DNA from: Promethearchaeota archaeon
GTDB taxonomy: Archaea; Asgardarchaeota; Lokiarchaeia; Sigyniarchaeales; SOKP01
DNA length: 20,620 nucleotides
Assembly (NCBI GenBank): GCA_016839745.1
Contig: JAEOTS010000168.1
Location: forward strand, 1-20,620
Direction: 5' to 3'
The notes under the pieces were generated by a model, which did no database searches, was not told where the DNA came from, and worked only from the letters and a program-made list of their open reading frames with translations. Below are positions 16,089 through 20,620 of this stretch, one piece after another (within the stretch, counting starts at the first letter, position 1; each line of letters opens with the position of its first letter). Position numbers and translations under genes: made by a program.

Positions 16089-16667
16089 TCACTTCGAAAA
16101 TACTTCATATTTTAATATTTCAGCTCGATAATATTTCCAAATTGTATCATAAATCTTTCTTTGAAAACGCTGACTACTCAAAGTTTTAACGGGTGTATTT
16201 GTTATTAAATCATTTATTGATAGAATAATGGTTTCTGTATATACCTTAAATTTTTCACGGATTTTCTCTTCCTCTTTAATACCATCCACATAACCTTTAA
16301 TAATGTCATTTAACGATTCGCTTACGCTACTTACGGTTGGAAGAATAAATTTTTCGTATTTTTTCCGGATTGTAGGCTTTACATAGATTCTTATTACTTG
16401 TTTTCCGTTTACAGTGGTTTTCTTCTTAAAAGCAAATCCTTTTTTACATAAATTATTAATGTAATCATACCCCTTAGTTTGACTTTTATGATCAAATTCT
16501 AAATCAATAATTTTTTTCAGAATTGATTGTTCTTCTCCTTCATGCATCAGAAGAATCATAAATGCTTCAAATTCGCGCATCGATAATTCTCTTAGATTAA
16601 AAGCATTATCTTTTGAACGAGGGATCTTTCCAATCTCAAGTTTTTGGGGAGAGATGTTATCTTCCAT
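16089..16667 (-). CDS. Putative winged helix-turn-helix DNA-binding protein with a C-terminal helical domain
   Basis: LSMREFEAFMILL…KGYDYINNLCKKGFAFKK…NGKQVIRIYV fits the helix / recognition helix-KG / wing pattern of TrmB/MarR-like wHTH domains. ATG at 16667. Confidence 0.6.
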   Translation of the reverse strand: MEDNISPQKLEIGKIPRSKDNAFNLRELSMREFEAFMILLMHEGEEQSILKKIIDLEFDHKSQTKGYDYINNLCKKGFAFKKKTTVNGKQVIRIYVKPTIRKKYEKFILPTVSSVSESLNDIIKGYVDGIKEEEKIREKFKVYTETIILSINDLITNTPVKTLSSQRFQRKIYDTIWKYYRAEILKYEVFSK

Positions 16668-16883
16668 AATCAAATACAATTTTCAGCTTATGCTTTATTA
16701 GTTGTTTTCTAATGTAAAATTAATTAATCACAATTTTTAGTCAAATTGTCAAATCTGTAAAGAATAAAATATAGTGATTATATAAAAATTTATGGTTCTA
16801 ATTTATAGATATTTCCTCGCAATTGTAAAAATTTTCTTTTAAATTAAAGAACTGAGCTCAAAAATTCACGTTTTTAACAACAT

Positions 16884-16943
16884 TTCTCCAAGATTGGGGA
16901 GGTCCTTTAAATACTCTATGAACTTTTCCTCAAAATTGGGGAA
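16884..16943. repeat. Pair of 18-bp imperfect palindromes (consensus TTCYYCAA-RA-TTGGGGAR), 42 bp apart
   Basis: ttctccaagattggggag at 16884-16901 and ttcctcaaaattggggaa at 16926-16943. Confidence 0.6.
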
Positions 16944-17116
16944 TAAAGCTTAAATTTTATATCGACAATAGAATATTAAGATAGTTTGACATTTTAATTA
17001 AGTTCAAGATTACAGATAAAAATCTCGGGTGGGGTTAGGTTATTTTAATCTATTAAAATCGTCAATTCGACTTTTTTAATAGGTAGAGAGAATTTTTTGG
17101 GGGCAAAATTTTACTT

Positions 17117-17689
17117 TCATAAAACCTTAAAGATTACATCGTCCAATTTTCGCTTAGGAACATGCATATCGTTTCCATCTTTCCAGTACTTGTAAGAGCC
17201 CTCAAAAGGTTCCATTTTGGAAGTTTCGTCCGGATAACCTAAACTAATTACATGTTTAATTTCGTATTTTTCAGGAACTTCAAGCAAACTTCTGATTTTG
17301 CTTCCCTTTATATTGGCCATCCAACAACATCCTAACCCAAAACTGACTGCACCAAGCAAAATATTTTCAACAGCAGCTCCTATATCATAATCAAAATAAG
17401 ATTTCTTAATATCCGTGTTTATTATTACAACAATGTACGCTGTTGGTTCTCTTCCACTTTCAGGCGTTCTTTGGTCTTCAGGAAGTGAGGATGCAAATTT
17501 TACTAATGAAAACATTTTTTCTCTCATCGCGGGACTCTCGACAATAATATATTCAACGCTTTGAATATTGCTAGCTGCAGGTGCTATTCGAGCATAATTG
17601 ATTAATTTCTTCAATATTTCGCTCGGAATAGGATCCTGTTTAAATCGTCTGATAGTTCGCCTTTTAAATATTGCTTCTTCAACATCCAT
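17117..17689 (-). CDS. Nitroreductase family (FMN-dependent) protein
   Basis: AI.KRRTIRRF, ARIAPAASNIQ, DIGAAVENILLGA.S.GLGCCW, ISLGYP and KRKLDDVI motifs. Confidence 0.9.
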   Translation of the reverse strand: MDVEEAIFKRRTIRRFKQDPIPSEILKKLINYARIAPAASNIQSVEYIIVESPAMREKMFSLVKFASSLPEDQRTPESGREPTAYIVVIINTDIKKSYFDYDIGAAVENILLGAVSFGLGCCWMANIKGSKIRSLLEVPEKYEIKHVISLGYPDETSKMEPFEGSYKYWKDGNDMHVPKRKLDDVIFKVL

Positions 17690-17700
17690 ATTTATAACCG

Positions 17701-18750
17701 TTAGTTTTTTTCTAATCTTGAATTGATAACAGATTCTGCTATGTCGTAGAAAGCATATTCTACGTTTTTTCCGGTCATAGCGGAGGTTTCTATATATTTA
17801 AGATTTAATTCCTTAGCTAATGCTAAAGCTTCAACTAATTTAACTTTACGCACTTCTGTAAGATCAGTTTTATTGCCGAAGATATATCCAATCATCTTTA
17901 AATGATGCTTTTCCATATTTTTTATTACATCTTCGTACCAATTTTTAATACTGTTAAAGGAGATTCTGTTTGTCAAGTCAAAAATAAGTAAGATAGCCTC
18001 TGAACCTTGGTAAAAGTGTCTTCTCATCGTTTGGAACTTATTTTGGCCAGCGATGTCCCATAATATTGTTTCTATTGCTTTACCATTAGCATGTATGATT
18101 TTTTCAGTAATACTAACTCCTAATGTAGGAACATAGGTTCTTAGAAATGCGTTATCAGTAAACCGTAAAATTGTTGAAGTTTTTCCGACACCTGGATCTC
18201 CTACTACTACGAGTTTGAACCGATAATCAACGATCTTATCGTCCCTTACTATTATTTCGGGAAATTCTTTTGATGGTGGGAAAGAAACTTCTTTTGCGCG
18301 AAAATCGTCTAATAATTGACCTACACTAATTCTAAGTACATTGATCTCCTCAAAAATTCTTTCTCTCTCAACTTTCTGTTCTTCTAATTCTATGATTTTT
18401 CTTGTTGTTTCATCAAAAGGAGCCTTTAAATAGCTCATATATTTATAAAAGACAACATCGTCTGCTTCTTTAAATAAAAAAGTAATCGCTGATCGCGCAA
18501 ATCCTCCTCTTTTGCTCTCGTCTTCTCTTTCTATATACCTTATTAATCCTTTTAGTTTTAACGAAGGGAAGGGAATTATTAATAAAGAACCCGGCACAGA
18601 TCCTTGATCTCCTGTGAGAATAGTTACAGATTTAATAGCAACAAGCATTCTTATCGATTCTGGCAAATCTGAAGGTAACCAATGAATAGGATCTGGTCCT
18701 AATTCATCGTGAATATCGGTGTAAATTACAGCATCAATTAGTTTCTTCAT
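17701..18750 (-). CDS. Rab-like small GTPase with an N-terminal longin/uDENN-like domain
   Basis: G1 GDPGVGKTS, G2 YVPTLG, G3 WDIAGQ, G4 NKTD, G5 ETSA. About 175-aa N-terminal extension with an HDELGP motif and an RGG.R-beta strand. Confidence 0.85.
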   Translation of the reverse strand: MKKLIDAVIYTDIHDELGPDPIHWLPSDLPESIRMLVAIKSVTILTGDQGSVPGSLLIIPFPSLKLKGLIRYIEREDESKRGGFARSAITFLFKEADDVVFYKYMSYLKAPFDETTRKIIELEEQKVERERIFEEINVLRISVGQLLDDFRAKEVSFPPSKEFPEIIVRDDKIVDYRFKLVVVGDPGVGKTSTILRFTDNAFLRTYVPTLGVSITEKIIHANGKAIETILWDIAGQNKFQTMRRHFYQGSEAILLIFDLTNRISFNSIKNWYEDVIKNMEKHHLKMIGYIFGNKTDLTEVRKVKLVEALALAKELNLKYIETSAMTGKNVEYAFYDIAESVINSRLEKN

Positions 18751-18970
18751 ACTTTTGGATTATGGTTATTGTTTGAAAATAAAATTCTTTAATCTCCTTT
18801 TAAAAGGCAATATATATCTAAAAAATTAAAATTATTTATACTTGAGTTATTCCAAAAATAAGCTGGAAATTTGATAATTGATGAGTTTCTAATCGTTTTA
18901 AAACTTATATTTTTCATCCTTTTCTATATACAGCATGAAAAGCAAAAAAAAACATCAAACTAAACTCAAT

Positions 18971-19369
18971 CTATTCTTCTTTTTCTAACTGCTTTTTCAA
19001 GAATGCTATGTTTTCTTTAATAGTTTCCGTTATTGGTTCATCCTTCAGGTTAAGACGATTTAATATTTGAATAGCATCTTCGATCATTTTCAAAGCTTCA
19101 GGGAATTTGGTACGCTTATAATAGACGCCAGGAATATTAAAAAATTTGAAAGATATTAATTGAATTGCTGTTATGAAAATCCAAATTAAAATGAGAATGG
19201 TTAAGATCCATTCGATTAAAGGTAATGATATACCATGGATCCCAAAAGATTCGAGTATACCATTGATCGCAAAAATAATGAGTACAAAACCAATAAAATA
19301 ACCAAAATAAGCTAGATATTTCTTGAAGTTTGGTCCTGAGTATAATTTGGATTTCGGGCCTTTATACAT
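18971..19369 (-). CDS. Small two-TM membrane protein with a C-terminal TPR-like helical hairpin
   Basis: Two hydrophobic segments, then GVYYKRTKFPEALKMIEDAIQI followed by a capping helix (TIKENIAFLKKQ). Confidence 0.6.
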   Translation of the reverse strand: MYKGPKSKLYSGPNFKKYLAYFGYFIGFVLIIFAINGILESFGIHGISLPLIEWILTILILIWIFITAIQLISFKFFNIPGVYYKRTKFPEALKMIEDAIQILNRLNLKDEPITETIKENIAFLKKQLEKEE

Positions 19370-19411
19370 TAATATGCTATAAAGTACAATATAAATACTT
19401 TAAGCTCCTTA

Positions 19412-19501
19412 ATGAGCGAATTAGGTTATGAGGAAAAGGAAATCTTTAAAGACTTAATTAGAATCGCGAAGCATTGTAAGGATATGGCAGCACTTATTTA
19501 A
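19412..19501 (+). pseudogene. Unannotated 29-codon ORF / gene remnant (MSELGYEEKEIFKDLIRIAKHCKDMAALI), PhoU C-terminus-like
   Basis: ATG at 19412 to TAA at 19499-19501; GC- and purine-richer than its flanks; DLIRIAKH..D.A resembles the PhoU LERIADH..NIA motif. Confidence 0.35.
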
Positions 19502-19628
19502 AAATGAATTTAATAGATTTTAAAGATTTGTTCTTAAGTCACGAAATTCAATATTTATCTAGCAATTTTTAAATTTCTAATTATTTCTTAATTTAACAGG
19601 TTAATAGTAAATAGTGTAAGAATAAGCT

Positions 19629-19901
19629 ATGACAAATGTAGATGTTGTATACGAATCAACTAAAAAGGCTCTTAACAACTTCGAGAACATAAAAGAATGC
19701 ATCCAAGGACTTTATGAAATTCTAAAAATTACTCTCACTTCCGAAAACTTGTATTTTAATATAGGGCAAGACAATATAGAAGCGTTGTACGAAAATCTGC
19801 TAGAATTAATGGTAAATGACTTAGGAACTATTGAATTCATGAAAAAACTTAAAACAGCTGAAGTGGATTTGGATTTGGATTTACCTTTAGGTAATTTATA
19901 G
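19629..19901 (+). CDS. Hypothetical acidic helical protein (90 aa)
   Basis: ATG start, protein-like composition, convergent with ogg. Confidence 0.65.
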   Translation: MTNVDVVYESTKKALNNFENIKECIQGLYEILKITLTSENLYFNIGQDNIEALYENLLELMVNDLGTIEFMKKLKTAEVDLDLDLPLGNL

Positions 19902-19916
19902 AAGTAATTGCAGCTT

Positions 19917-20543
19917 TTATTTTAGCACTTCGTTAGTTTCCAAATACCATAAATATAAATCTAACTTGCCTAAATCAAGATTTAATTCATTTCCTAATTT
20001 TTTAAGAATAGATTCAATCTCCAAATACTTCTTTTTAGTTAAGGTCTTAGGTTTCTCAATGATATTGTATTTCACCAAAAGATCAATAATATGAAAGTCT
20101 ATAATCGCGAAATTTCTATAACCGATATTTCTTAAAAAGTGACTTGCTTCTTTGTAGCCTAACCCTTTAATAACTTTCACAATCCAATTTCTTAAATCAG
20201 TTTCAGCGATGTTTGAATTTAATTTACTCTCTAACTCTGATAAATAACATCTAGCTTCAAGAATGTACTTTGCTCTAATGTTTGGAAAGCGATAGCCAAA
20301 TTCTTTAAAATTTGTTTTTAACTCCTCTTCTGAATTTGTTAAAAAACCATTATTTATCCTTTGTTGTACTTCTATGCATTTTTTAGCTCCACAGTTAGCC
20401 GTCATAATACAAAAACATAGTTCTTTAAATATTTCATCTATTCCCGATCTGTATACTGAGGAGAATTGGTCAATACGCATATCTATAGTATTTGAGATAT
20501 CACTTTTGGTTAAAGATTCAATTGATTTTATGAGTTCTTTCAT
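19917..20543 (-). CDS. ogg: 8-oxoguanine DNA glycosylase/AP lyase (archaeal/thermophile OGG2 type)
   Basis: FKELCFCIMTAN, GYRFPNIRAKYI, HhH KGLGYKEASHFLRNIG, AIIDFH, KKYLEIE, LDLYLWY and terminal VLK motifs. Confidence 0.92.
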   Translation of the reverse strand: MKELIKSIESLTKSDISNTIDMRIDQFSSVYRSGIDEIFKELCFCIMTANCGAKKCIEVQQRINNGFLTNSEEELKTNFKEFGYRFPNIRAKYILEARCYLSELESKLNSNIAETDLRNWIVKVIKGLGYKEASHFLRNIGYRNFAIIDFHIIDLLVKYNIIEKPKTLTKKKYLEIESILKKLGNELNLDLGKLDLYLWYLETNEVLK

Positions 20544-20620
20544 ATATTTTAAAGAAATATTGATATTTTAAAAGCGAAACTCTTTAATTTAATAAGTTCA
20601 ATTATTCATAAAATCTTTAA

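Noticed and set aside
16884-16943. CRISPR mini-array or canonical ORB origin
   Set aside because: Only two imperfect 18-bp copies with a 24-bp spacer and no cas genes. No match to the TTCCAG.GGAAAC ORB core and no orc1/cdc6 gene in the window.
16089-17119. Selenocysteine read-through at TGA stops (nitroreductase, wHTH, 7TM A and B)
   Set aside because: The TGAs fall at plausible C-termini (7TM C has TAA at the same position) and no convincing SECIS element was seen.
157-20571. Short antisense or overlapping ORFs in the track (157-456, 1281-1463, 3450-3854, 3903-4133, 5084-5284, 5146-5367, 5776-6003, 6757-7014, 7141-7401, 11001-11189, 11465-11737, 11923-12132, 13574-13810, 20374-20571)
   Set aside because: They lie opposite well-supported genes and have no recognisable motifs; they are shadow ORFs.

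Overview
AT-rich, gene-dense archaeal-type window. Its content points to an Asgard archaeon, probably Lokiarchaeia/Promethearchaeota; this is an inference from the Rab-like GTPase with a longin/uDENN-like N-terminal domain, the OGG2-type glycosylase, TTTAAA promoter boxes and a GGTGA ribosome-binding site. The left two-thirds is mostly metabolic: a PK_C-like protein, an Fe-S protein, a tandem DUF4332 protein, a GPH-type MFS transporter, a lipase / 3-hydroxyacyl dehydrogenase / BKACE operon, an atypical enolase-superfamily enzyme, a serine racemase-like PLP enzyme, an alpha/beta hydrolase and a CocE/NonD hydrolase. The most striking part is 13650-18750, all on the minus strand. It holds three tandem, exactly 240-aa, stand-alone 7TM paralogues with predicted N-out/C-in topology, conserved cytoplasmic loops and divergent intramembrane polar residues; two share an 18-bp upstream element. 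Upstream of them lie an orphan winged-helix protein, a 437-bp intergenic region with phased G-rich palindromes, a nitroreductase and a longin/uDENN-Rab GTPase fusion. Together these make a candidate receptor-array/GTPase signalling locus. No rRNA, tRNA, CRISPR array or transposase was recognised. All family calls come from motif recognition by eye, not database searches.
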